From: Vicugna vicugna
Taxonomy: Eukaryota
Assembly (NCBI GenBank): GCA_013265495.1
Contig: MU058531.1
Location: forward strand, 1,108,678 to 1,172,677
Direction: 5' to 3'
Length of the DNA stretch: 64,000 bases
The translations under genes and the position numbers were made by a program. Below the pieces are notes generated by a model. It was not told the origin of the DNA. It saw only the letters and a list, made by a program, of their open reading frames with translations, and did no database searches. Below, piece by piece: positions 1 through 11,590 of this stretch (positions are counted from its first letter, which is position 1; the number at the start of each line of letters is the position of its first letter).

Positions 1-974
1 AAATTTGGAATGGATAGAGATTTAGGCACAGGGGTCTACACATATGAAATTATCAGCCTTATTATCACTATCACTGGTATGGACATTGCATACAAACATG
101 GCAAATGACCAGGCAGCAGACACACCAGCTCTGCTAGGGCAGTGTTCCTTGGGGAAAACATTGAGACAGAAACAGTAAAACATGTGTGAGTCCCACGGTG
201 ATCAGTGGAGCAAGACATCAGATTCCAGGAAATGGACCCCGACTCTTGGGCTGTGAAGTTTTAAAGCTATGTTATTAAAGAAACACCAGGCCCTCCCCTG
301 GAGTAATTAGTGGTCAGAGTACAACACAAGGTTGTGGCATGGTAGAACCTTGGCTCCAGCCCTTTCCTACTGAATCAGGGTTTGGGGTGGGGGATCACTG
401 GCCCCTCCCCTTGTATAATTGGAGTGGGGGTGTCCAAGCCTTGCCTCTGCAGATGTATACTCTGGCAACCTAGCAGCAAGGCTTATCCCAGTACTCATGA
501 CTGGGGAAGTACCACCTTTCTCTGGCCTGCTCAAAGAGCTGGATCCAAACCAAGAGATTAACCGGGATTGGCCACCTTCAACCCTGAACTGTAACTTTCT
601 TCCTTGGATCTTTGTAGCCAACTCCTTTTCTAGAAGGCTGATGGATAAGAATCAGTCTTGGACAAGTTAAGGCATACCTTTCTGAGTCTCACCCAAACAA
701 GCTTCCTACCCCTTCTTCCTTAGTCCCTCACTCTCCCAGAACCATAGGCTTTCTTGTGCAGGGGCAGGGTCTGCCTAAGTGAGTTTACTGATTAGAAGAG
801 CAGAAAATGTGTGTCCTGAGGCAGTGTACTCTGAAAGAGAATACCCAGAAAAGGCTGGATTTCAGTCTTCTCCCAACTCATCAATTAGCTTAGTCATTCA
901 CCTACCCTTGGGGAGGGAAAGTGAAGAGCTGAGGAGCCTTCCCCTGATGCTTTTCTCTCCTGGGGAAGGAACAC

Positions 975-1095
975 AAGTTCTGGGCATGGATGATGATGAC
1001 GGTTCCAGAACACCAAGAATATATTTAATGCCAGTAAACCATACCCTTAAAAATGGTTAAAATGATAAATTTTAGTTATGTTTTACTATAACTAT
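975..1095 (+). mobile_element. L1 (L1MA/L1MB-type) extreme 3' end fragment
   Basis: 'atttaatgccagtaaaccatacccttaaaaatggttaaaatgataaattttagttatg' resembles the L1MA/MB 3' terminus. Confidence 0.7.
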
Positions 1096-1139
1096 CAAAC
1101 AAACAAATGAACTGAATCTAATCTTGTTTTGGGGTTTGT

Positions 1140-1610
1140 CTTGCTTTATTTTGAACAGTTAATATATTCACATGGTTTTAAGTTTAAAAAACAAAAATGA
1201 TACCTCTACCATCTGTCCTAGCCAATCCATTTCCCTCTTCAGAGATTAATACTTCTACCAGCATTCTGGTATTCTTTCAGAGATATTTTATGTATACACA
1301 AGCAAATACTTAAAAAAAGATTTTTGACACAAATGGCATCAAATTTTACACACTGTTCTGCAATTTGCTTTTTTAGATTAATGAAATTTCCTGGGGAATG
1401 TTCCCTGTCAGTGTATCAGAGTTCCAGCATTCATAGCCATCTATTTTGCCAATGCATGGATGGTCCACAGTTGTTTTAACCAATCCTCCATTGTGGTAAA
1501 AATCTAGATGCTTCTACTCTCTTCTATTCCAAACACTGAATAGCTTCTAATATCGTTTCTCACATCCATCTACTCATAGGAGAGACTCCCAGACATGGAA
1601 TTGTCTAGCC
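1140..1610 (-). mobile_element. Ancient L1 (L1ME-type) 3' UTR remnant
   Basis: Antisense L1ME-like motifs ('cagttaatatattcacatggtt', 'cactgttctgcaatttgctttt', 'ttttaaccaatcctccattg'). Confidence 0.6.
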
Positions 1611-1989
1611 ATGGTTTTAATAGTTTTCAACTTAGGCACACATACCTCTGACACTCTTGAGTGACACTGGAATGGAGTAAGATCTCTATTCTGACAAGCT
1701 AACCAGAAAAGTGGTGGTATGTATCCCACTCATAAACCACTGCACCCACTTTTATACAGGTACTAAAGTGGGAAAAAGCATCAAATGAACCCTGAGAAAA
1801 TAATGTCCATTTTCAAAGAGCATCTCTTTCTGTCAGAGGTCTGGTCAGTCTATAACATGTAACGACCTGACTGTACATGAGTCTTCTTTAAATAATTCCT
1901 CACATTTTTCCCAATGTAACTTCCTCATGTGTCTATACATATGATCTGTTTGGTTCTGTAACAATTCAAGCACCCATCAGGTTAGCCTG

Positions 1990-2130
1990 AGAAGGTGATA
2001 TTACCAGCTATGATAGATAAGGAAACAAAATAGCAGAGGCCAAGAGAAGTTGTAACTTGTTCAATGTCACCAAGCAAATTAGTGGAAGAGTCTGGATTAA
2101 GATCCAGGTCAATAATCTAATTTTGTGCTC
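1990..2130 (-). mobile_element. MIR SINE fragment
   Basis: Antisense MIR core 'gataaggaaac...gaggcc...gtaacttgttcaatgtcac...attagtgg...gatccaggtc'. Confidence 0.65.
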
Positions 2131-2709
2131 TTTCTCATAATCTATATTGTCCTATCTCTTCAGTTCTCAAAAATAAATGAACTGTTTCATAACCTACTGG
2201 GCACAGGAGAGATCTCAGTTTATTGACATCCAGTGACTGCCTCACTGTTTATAACTTTGTCCTGTTGCTTCTCAGATGCTGAAGATGAACAGAGACGATG
2301 TCTTAGGGATAAAAGATATCCTCAAACAAGGGAGACTCAGAAGGGCCTCTGTCTTCCAAGCTTGCCTACAGTCTTGTGTGGCCAAGATGGGAACAGGTAA
2401 GTCTGAGCTTTGGCTGATACTGCTACCCAGAAGGAACAGAAAGGGAATGAATTTCAAACACAGGGAACACTTTTCACATTGTGTACACCAAAATGCTCTG
2501 AACTATTTAAAACCCTTCTCATGCACAGCAACTCAGGGTGGCACAGAAAAGAACAAAGCATTGCATACTGAGAAGCCATTCTGGGGCCACCAGACAATAG
2601 GCATTGGCACTGATGGGAGTAACCTGGGGTGTGTATATACAGTCCACTAGAAATTCACGTGGTGTAAACTTCAAGCCATTGTAGAGAGAGCAACCAAGAA
2701 TTCTTCAGA

Positions 2710-3010
2710 GTTAGTATTTCTAATCTTGGTCTATGAAAGAGTCTGAATGCAGTCCTCAGATCTCACTGGAGTGACACAAGAAAGGTTTGTGTCTCACCTG
2801 TGTCACAATGAGGTAGTGGTTGTGTGGGGGAGCGGGAGGGGGACCACACTCCCTGCGATCAGCGAAGTCCTGTCCACCACCTCCACCGCATTCCATTGGC
2901 CGGCGCTCAGTGAGTGGTTCTCACGGCTCTGGAGGCTGGGACGTGAGCTTTCCACTCTGCTCAGGAGAGAAAAGAAGGGTTTAGGTGAACACACAGCCAT
3001 CTCTGTGCTC
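2710..3010 (-). mobile_element. MaLR LTR (MLT1I/J-like) fragment
   Basis: 'agatctcactggagtgacacaagaaaggtttgtgtctcac' and 'cattccattggcc...ggaggctgggacgtgag...ggtttaggtgaacacacagccatctctg' follow the antisense MLT1 pattern. Confidence 0.6.
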
Positions 3011-5317
3011 CATCAACATAAACAGGCTCAGAACGTAAATGGTGAAGGATGCAGATGAGAACTGGGACAGTGAAAGAAAGAAAAGACCTGATCAGGATTG
3101 GCTAGATAAATTTGTCCGTAGACAAATCTTTGATAAAAAGGATGGGGAAATGGATTCCAGAACTAGGCTGTCTCTTACTGATGGCTTTGCGGCTGTGTAA
3201 TGAACTGCACATAACTCTCATTTCATATTTAGAGTCAATGATTCTCAGTTTTCCATTTTTGCTGTCTTTATAAAGTCATGGGATAAAGAACCCTAGGGGA
3301 TATTTCTAATGAGGTGGCTGGGCAGGGAGAGTCTTACTTACAACTGAGGTCAAGATTCTTGGTCCAGGGCACTGAGCAGGAAGGGTTCACCTTCAGGATG
3401 GCCACCCTGGACAGACTTATTCCTGTCTGGAGTGCTACCCACTTCACTCATATCCTGGAGAAACTCGTAAGTGAGCGAGTATCAACCACAGGGTCCCTGG
3501 CAGGGCTATTTTAAAACCACACACCGAAACAAATCGCAGGGAAGTTAAAAAACAAACAACCATAACTAAAGCATCTCAGCTATTTTAAAAAGAGCTGGAG
3601 CTTCATGACTTGAAACCCAAATTCCTGTGAGCTTGGCAACCACTCTGCTCTGAAACGCACGTCCCTTTGCCAGCGGAATGTTTAAAAACACAGCTAAGCT
3701 CTAGTCTCTGAAGTATAAGCCTTCTCTAACCTCAGAAATGTGAGTGTCTATGCGAGAGGGCCCATGAGGGCGGGCTTATGAGACTATGTCTGTGTTAGAG
3801 TGTGTGTCTGGGTTGTTGTGTGTATTAGTTACTCTGTGTCTGTGCACGGGTGTGTTTGCTTGTTTGTGAAATTCAGGGCAGGACAGAAGAAGGCAACTCA
3901 AGTGGATCCACGTTTTACCTTACATCATATGAAACTCTAGTTAATTGGCTGATGAGAAATAAAAACCCACAGGTAACTGACGTTAGGGTCGTTAAGAACT
4001 TCCCAGAAGACCTAACCCGTGCTGGCTCTGTAATCACAAGCACCCGCAAAGTTCTGCCTCACTGAGGAAAAAGCAGAGTGCACCTGCCAGCTGATGTCTG
4101 CCTGGAGGAAGAAAGACAGGGCTTCAACTCCAAGCAGAAGAGCGCCAGCCCCTCCTCTCTGCTTGGCTGTCACGCTCAGTTGCACTGTGTGTGGGTCTGC
4201 CTGTCAGCCTGTGCTGTATCCTACGGCACTCCTCCGGATCTTACTGTCTGCTGTGTGTTCCCAAAGACCTGTTGCCCCTACCTGTTAGCACCTAGGAAGA
4301 CTCTGGTTGCTATAACAACAGATCCCATCCCCCACAGTTTTCTCTGGCTGTGCACAAGGCTGCCTGTCAATCTGTGCTGACTTTGCCCAGCCCTCAGCCT
4401 GGCCCACTCCAGACCTGCCCTGCCTGTTCTCACCCAGATGCCAGCACCTAGCATTAGTGTTTCCCAAGAGTGGAGAGAGGAAAATAGAGACTCAGTAAGT
4501 GAGTAAATATAAGCAGAGCTTCTGTAAGTCCTTCTCATCGTGGCATGTCTGCGTTTCCTTCACTGCTGCTTTATCTAGGCTCTTGTAGGCTTGGAGCAAG
4601 ACCAGGAAGTCGGCTCTCAGTTGGTTTGCTGGGATGTTTTCTTAATAATCTTGTTGAAGGGCAGATGAATTCGGGATATTTTCAGATCTAGCAACAGAAA
4701 CACACTGCCTTTACAGCAAAGATACCTTTTGGCGGAGTTGTCTTTTCATTTGTAGGGCTTTTCTCAGAGTCCAAATTGGGGGAAGAGAGTGGGTGAGGTG
4801 TTGCTCTGTGATCTTGCTGCAAACTGGAAGGAATCAGGTTTGCACACTGAAATCTTAAGGGTGATGATTTTTGTATTGTGATTGGAGTCACATTGGCAGT
4901 CGTCCTCGTAGCCAGGAGAGCCACGTGACTAATGTGAGCTCTGAAGGCACTAACAGGACTGCCTCTTCTAATGCAGGAGCGGCAGCTCAGGGCGCTGCAG
5001 GCTGCATAAGCAATTGCCCTGACAGTTGTACAGCCTGGCGTGAGCATTAATCCTCTGGGTGGATTCAGGCTCGTTCCTTCTCTACCAATCTTGGTTGCTA
5101 AGAGCAGGTGACCTCACAAACTATTTTAGCAACTTGTACTGCTGGGAATCATTCTCTTGGGAACCTCAGAAGCTGGCAAAATAAATCTTTGTACTCACTC
5201 GGTTTATATTCTGACAACACTACCTGAAAACCTCTCCTTTGAGAAGGAAAGGCTTATCCCAAGCAAAGGCAACTGATGGAATAGATTCCCCTTGTGTGGC
5301 TTTGAAGGTGTTAATGG

Positions 5318-5535
5318 AATAATAATAATTGCTTACATGTTGATAAGCTTTACAGGTCCCAGAGTCCTCTCACGAGCTCCATTTCATTTGATCTTTGCAG
5401 TTACCATGTGAGGGAGGCAGGGTTGACCTTGACTGGCATCCCTCTCAGCAGCTCAGTGGGATTAAATGGCTTGCCAATGTCACAAGGTGAGTCATTGGCA
5501 CAGATTGCAATGCAAACATTCTGACAAATAAGTTA
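5318..5535 (-). mobile_element. MIR SINE
   Basis: 'aataataataattgcttacatgttgataagctttacag...ttcatttgatc...attaaatggcttgccaatgtcacaagg'. Confidence 0.65.
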
Positions 5536-5904
5536 GCTGGCTTTCTGTTCTGCCACTCCACTAAACTCCTAAAATTATCTTGTGGATTGAAAAAAAAAAA
5601 TGTAGTGGCCGCTCATGCACAAGGCCTTGGAAAATTTACAGGCTGATGAAAGGGGTCCATTTTGGTGATGTAAGTGAATACCAAGCTGCCGGTTTTGAGC
5701 AGAAGCAGCCAATGTAAGTAAGCATGATTTATTCATATGTTCATCATTTGAAAGACATCTGATGGCAGGAATTTGCTCCCAAATTTGCAGATTTTAGGAT
5801 GTGTCAGCATCTGTACAAATGCATGTCATTCTCTGCAACCTTCACACCCAGAGGAGGAGATAGAGTCCCCGAGCATGAAGACAGGACAGGAACTTAGTGA
5901 TAAT

Positions 5905-6020
5905 TTTGTGCCACCCATTCTACAGGGGAGGAAAGCAGGTCCAGAGAGCAGTGCCTCTCCCAAGGCCACATTGTTAAGAAGTGTCAGAAGACAGAGAAGA
6001 CCCCAGACCTTCAGACACCA
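5905..6020 (-). mobile_element. MIR/MIR3 fragment
   Basis: 'cccattctacaggggaggaaagcaggtccagagag...cccaaggccaca'. Confidence 0.55.
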
Positions 6021-6719
6021 CAGTCAGTTCAGAGTGATGCCTCTGAGCCCCTGATGGTTCCCAGCCAGTAAAGTACCACTAAATTATGCTCCGGGCAATA
6101 CTTAAGCAGAAGAGTGCAGTAAGGCCTGTTAGCAGGATTCAGAGCAACAAAAGCTGGAATCAAAGGCCTGTGGCTTGTTTAAGGTTGTTCTGACAGTGGG
6201 TCTCTCCAGAGGGCAGGCTCCCTGGAAATCAGCTTCAAGTTGGCTTTGCCCTAGAGCCTGGGCATTGGAGTCTGGAGCCAGCATTGGCTGGTGCCTGGTG
6301 TGGTGTGATGGTGGGGACAGGGTTTGGCCCTGGGTTCCCTGAGCTTTCCACATGGCTTCATTTATCAGCCAGGGCACACTGTGAGTCCCAGAAAACCAAG
6401 CCAAAACAATTCTGACCAATGGTACAAGGGGTTATGGTATTTATTCAGGGGCTTTCTCAGAAGGCTTTCCAAATATTCATGGGGAGGTTTATTTTGAAAC
6501 CTCAGTCCAAGACCAGACTACTTAGAGTTATGTCAGGCTCTTCGCTCAAAGTGTCCCTGAGCCGCTTTCAGCAAGCTTCCCAAAGAATCGCACAGACTCA
6601 GAGCTTGGACTGGGTCTCTGAAAGATGGTTTGAGACCAGAGTCAATAGGAAACTTTCCCATCCATCTCTGTACCAGGGTCTTAGTCAGGTAAAATTGTGT
6701 TGGAGGCTGCTTCCGTGGT

Positions 6720-7135
6720 GCAAGAGATACTGTGTGCTGCTCTGACTCCCACCTCAGGACCAAAGCACATACTCTCCTAGGAGCCAGGAGTGTTGTCTGC
6801 AGATGGCGTGGAGCTGAGTCCTTCCCCAAGGGATGACCTTTTAATAATTGCTCAAGGTGACAACCCCTTCCCTGGGAATAGCATGCATCTGATGACTGGT
6901 CATTGTTAGAGGTACCAAGGATTGGTCTCTTTGCTCAATTTGGGCCACATTTGCTGGACCACCCTAACTCCAGAGCTCCCTGAGGGACTGGCTGGGGCCT
7001 CTGTGCTACTGTCGCAAAGTACAATTTCACCCTCTGCCCAGGCCTGCTTTCCTCACCCCTGCACAGTGGTGTTCCCCAGATCACTCCCGGTTAACCACCT
7101 GCATGGAAATCTTTGTCCCAGATTATCACTCCCCT
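6720..7135 (+). mobile_element. ERVL solo LTR, LTR16 family
   Basis: 'ccagagctccctgagggactggctggggcctctgtg...ccctctgcccaggcctgctttcctcac...cacctgcatggaaatct' matches the LTR16 3' half; similar copy at 19785-20190. Confidence 0.7.
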
Positions 7136-7247
7136 GCCCCCTGCCTTCTCTAGGGCCAGAATCTTGACTCTTGTCAACCAATGGCCATCAGCCTCTCCAT
7201 ATCAAAATGCCTAGATGTCTTCTTTTATCAAGACAACCAAAGAAATC

Positions 7248-8091
7248 TGCATTAGTGTCCTTTCTGCTGCAACAATTTACAATGAACTTGGTGGGTCAGA
7301 AGCTGGAAACCAGTTTCACTGGGCCAACATTGGGTTGTTGGCAGGGCTGAGAAGCTTCCTATGGAAGCTCTAAGGGAGAATCTGTTACTTGTCTTTTTTT
7401 CTAGAGCTGAATTCTTTGCATTCCTTGATTTAAGGACCCTTCCTCCATTTCAAAGCCAGCCACAGAGCATCTTGCTGCAGTGGTCATGTTCCTTCTTATT
7501 CTGTGTCACATCCCCCTCTGCTTCCCTCTTATAAGGACACTTGTGATTGCATTTAGGGCCCAGCTGGATAATCCCAAAATAATCTCCCCATCAAGCGCCT
7601 AAAAGTGAAGTGAATGAGACAGAGAAAGACAAATATATGATGTTGCTTATATGTGGAATCTAAAAACAACAACAACAACAACAAAAAACAAGCAAACAAA
7701 CAAAAACTCACATAGAAAACAAACTGTGGTTACCAAGGGGAAAAGGGGGTAGATTAGGAGTTTGGGATTAACAGTTACATATTACTACATATAAAATAGA
7801 TAAACAACAAGGACCTACTGTATAGCACAGGAAACTATATTCAATACCTTGTAAAGGGCCATAATAGAAAAGAAGTTGAAGAAAGTACCTGTATGTATAT
7901 ATATATATGTATAACTGAATCGCTTTGCTATATACCTGAAACTAGCACTGTAAATCAACTACATTTCAAATAATAATAATAATATTATTATTATTAATAA
8001 TAATGGCCTAATTTAATCTCATAGTAAAGTCTCTGTTGCAGACCCTGGGGATTAGGCCTGGATGTCTTTGCAGGACATTGTTTAGTCTACA
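7248..8091 (-). mobile_element. MaLR LTR (MLT1C/D-like) split by a younger L1 insertion
   Basis: Starts 'tgcattagtgtcctttctgctgcaacaattta', contains 'cttataaggacacttgtgattgcatttagggccca...ggataatcc', and resumes after the L1 at 8006 with 'cctaatttaatctca...ggggattagg'. Confidence 0.8.
7603..8005 (+). mobile_element. Cetartiodactyl-type L1 3' end (5'-truncated), tail decayed to (TAA)n
   Basis: 'aagtgaagtg...agacagagaaagacaaatat...aaatagataaacaacaaggacctactgtatagcacaggaaactatattcaata...actgtaaatcaactac'; possible TSD gcctaa at 7597-7602 and 8006-8011. Confidence 0.9.
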
Positions 8092-8759
8092 TAGAGCAGA
8101 GAGTAAACCCTGGGGGACACACAATTTCTGATTTTGATTTGTACTTTATGTTTACCTGGAAGTGAGGAAGTCTCCAGATCTTCTTTTTTGTGATCCATTT
8201 GCCATTGCCCCAAGTAGCTGGTCTCATCTGGGAAACCTACTTTTTGATTCAGGCCTTTATTATGAAACACCAGTAATTCTTACTTCTTACCTGCTGCTGC
8301 TGGAACTTGTTCTCTCTCCCCCTCTCTCTTGCATCCTTCATACCCATCTAGCCCCCCAGATTCTGAGTCTGCAGCCACCCCTGTGGCTGTATGGTCTATG
8401 CTGAAGTAACCTTCCTAGGCATGCCGTGGCCTGGGGGTGGGAGCAGTGGGGAAGGGAAGGAGGGAAACAGTGACTTAACCCTAACCGGCAGATTCCAGTG
8501 TCACTTCCAGAAAGCGTCCTCTGTCAATAGCAACTTAGGATGAGACCATATGACCCTTCAGATAGGGATCTGAAGAGCAATCTTCACATAGTCATTGATC
8601 AGAAATAAGGCTGATCTGAAGTTCTGTTGGTTCCAAGAAATCGTTTACAATCTCATTTCTTCCCCTGCCCCTAATTCTTTTAGCATATTGTTTCTATGTC
8701 TTTTATGGACCATATGTCTTGATCCTTATACTTTTCTTCCCCACCAGGCTGTGAGCCTT

Positions 8760-9167
8760 TTTTTAAAAAAAAGACTTTATTTTTTTAGAGCAGTTTTAGG
8801 TCCACAGCAAAACTGAGAGGAAGGTACAGAGATTTCCCATATCTCCCCATCCCCATACATGCAAGACCCCTCTCCCATTATCAACATCCCCCTCCAGAGT
8901 GTTACATTTGTTACAATCAATGAACCTACATTGATATATTACAATCACCCAAAGTCCATAGTTTACATTAGGGTTCAATCTTGATGGTGTACATTCTGTG
9001 GGTTTGGGTTTGGACAAATGTATAATGACGTGTATCCACCATTCTAGTATCATAAAGAGTAGTTTCATTGCCCTAAAAATCCTCTCTGTGCTCTATTTAT
9101 TTTCCCTGCCCCCTCCAAAAAAAAAAAAATCCCTGGTCACCACTGATCCTTTTACTGTCTCTGTAGT
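8760..9167 (-). mobile_element. L1MC1-like 3' end
   Basis: 'gagcagttttaggtccacagcaaaactgagaggaaggtacagagatttcccatat...cacccaaagtccatagtttacattagggttca'. Confidence 0.85.
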
Positions 9168-9798
9168 GAGCTTTTTTGTTTTCATCTCTTGACTCCCAAT
9201 GAACCAACTTTCCAGGGTCATCCTGGGAGAACATGGCCTCTGCAGAAGAACTCTGCTACCTGCAGTCTGTGAAATGGCCTAGCATCCCAGCAGCCCTGGT
9301 TATGCCACCATCTAATGACATCTTGGCAGTCAAAGGGAGCTTGTGACTGTCATCTGTAGATGTGACAGCCAAACGTGTGGCCCTGGGAAAGCCCTTCACA
9401 TGGGTCTTTCCTTGTTGCATTTATATTTAGCTCAAATGAAAAACTGCAGTTGTTCTCCTCCATGACAGGTACCAAACAATAACCCAAAAGGATAAGGAAT
9501 AATTGTTACTGCTCTCCCTGGTAGGACAGGTAGTCCTTGGATTTGGGACTGCATCTCTATAACGGCTGGTTTTCCTCTACCTAGCCCAGGGGATGTGCGT
9601 TGTATTGGATTGTACTGAAGAAGATTCAGAGAGAAAAGACTTGAATTCTGATTCTCAGCTTTTTTAAAATGTTTTCACATTTTAATTTTTTTAAATTAAG
9701 AAATATTTCAAGCATACAGAAAGGACAGAAAATAAAACAGACCACCATATGCCTACTGGCCAGATTAAATAGCTGTTAACATTTTTCCATTTACTTTA

Positions 9799-9890
9799 TT
9801 TTTGTTTTTAATGGAGTTACTGCGAATTGAACCCAGGACCTCGCACATTGTAAGCACAGGCTCTACCACCGAGCTGTACCCCCACCCCGC
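9799..9890 (-). mobile_element. tRNA-Ala-derived SINE (camelid vic-1 type)
   Basis: Reverse complement gggggtacagctcggtggtagagcc...gaggtcctgggttcaattcgcagtaactcca plus A tail; TSD tccattta(c/g)ttta at 9786-9798 and 9891-9903. Confidence 0.9.
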
Positions 9891-11229
9891 TCCATTTAGT
9901 TTAGATCACTTGTAATAAAAGATAAAAAATATGTAAATGGCTTAACCACCCTTCCCCCTCCTTCTCTCTTATCCCTTCTTCCCTCTGTAGAGGTATCTCT
10001 GCCTCAAGTTGGTATGTGTTATTTGCACGCATGACTCTGTACTTTCACTAAATACTGTACGTTCGAGACAACATTTGCTATCATTTTACTTAAATGGCAT
10101 CAAGTTGTATATATTCTTTTCAATTTGCTTTCTTACTCAACAGTATATTTTAGAGACTGATTCAGGTGGTAAAGATACAGTGCAGACCTAGTTCATCTAT
10201 TCTAACTGCAGCCTAGTGCACCATAATGTGTCCATTTCCCTATAGAGGGACGGTTAGTTGCTTTTTTGTGGTTGCTGTTGCAGTGAACATGCTGGTGCAT
10301 GTATCTTTGTGCACATGCACATAATTTCTTCAGACACCTACAAGTGGAATTGCTAAGTAGTAACTTTCCTCAGTACTGACAGATTGTTCTCCCAAGTAGT
10401 TATACCAATTCACATTTCTACCAGACTAAAAATTCCCATTTTCCTGCATCCTCACCATGGCTTGTGAGACTTAAATTTTTTCCAATCTATAGATATAAAG
10501 AGGCATTTTATTGTCTTAATTTACATTTCCCTAAGTACGTATAAACTTAAGCATTTTTATATGTTTACTAGCTAGTTGTGTGTGTGTGAGAGAGAGAGAG
10601 CACGGGAAAGGGAAAGAGGCCAGTTCTAATCCTTCGCTCCTGTTAAAACACTGGTTTATCCTTTTCTTATACACTTGTAGCTGTCCTGTATTTATTCTGA
10701 AATTGTTACTTGAATTGCAAGTATCTTCTCCTAAACTCTATCTAGCCTTTTTGTTTTGTTTATGTTATCCTCTGTTATAAATAACTTATAAAATTTAGTG
10801 TAGTCAAAATCATAAATCTTTTAATGATTTGTGGGTATTTGTTCTTTAATAAATCTGTTCATGAGTCTACATCCAAGATATTCTCCATATTGTTTTCTAA
10901 AAATTCTAAATTTTTGCTCTTCACATTTAAATTTTTGTCCATCTGGAATTTACTTTTGCTTTGCTTATATGGTGAAGTAGGAATCTAATTTTATCTTTTT
11001 CCAAATAGAAAGTGAAATGTTTCAGAACCTCATAAGGATAGTCCAGCCTTTCTCAGTGTTTGAAATGCCATTTCTGTTAAATACAAATTCCCATGTATAA
11101 ATGGATCATTCCTTGACTATCCCAACTGTTGGTCCATTTGTCTATCCTTGCACTGTAATGCAATTTTCACATTATTATAACTGATAGCTGTACTTAGTAG
11201 TTGGTACAGTGAGTCCCCTCAAATTTGGT

Positions 11230-11590
11230 TGTTTTTCAGCTTTACTGAGATATAATTGACAAATAACATTTTTAAGTTAAAGGTGTACAACATGATGATT
11301 TGATATCAGTATATATAGTGAAATGAAAAAGAATATGAAAAGTAATATGTATGTATAACTGAATCATTATGCTGTACACCAGAAATGAATACATTATAAA
11401 TCGACTGTACTTCAATAAAAATAAATAAATAAAATTAAAAAGTGTATATTGTGAAATGATTACCACAGAGATGCTAGTTAACACATCCATCACCTCACAT
11501 AGTTACCATTTATATGTGTGTGTGTTGAAACATTTAAGATTTACTTTTAGCAAATTTCAAGTATAAGATACAGTATTGTTGACTATAGCT
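11230..11590 (-). mobile_element. L1MA8/9-like 3' end, interrupted by a younger L1 tip
   Basis: 'cagctttactgagatataattgacaaata...aaggtgtacaacatgatgatttgata...gttaacacatccatcacctcacatagttacc...agcaaatttcaagtata'. Confidence 0.8.
11327..11440 (+). mobile_element. Very short lineage-specific L1 3' tip with A-rich tail
   Basis: 'ataactgaatcattatgctgtacaccagaaat...gactgtacttcaataaaaataaa'; 19-bp TSD (17/19) at 11308-11326 and 11441-11459. Confidence 0.85.

Noticed and set aside
1..700. Possible ERVL/MaLR internal remnant
   Set aside because: Only vague resemblance; no diagnostic gag/pol motif could be read
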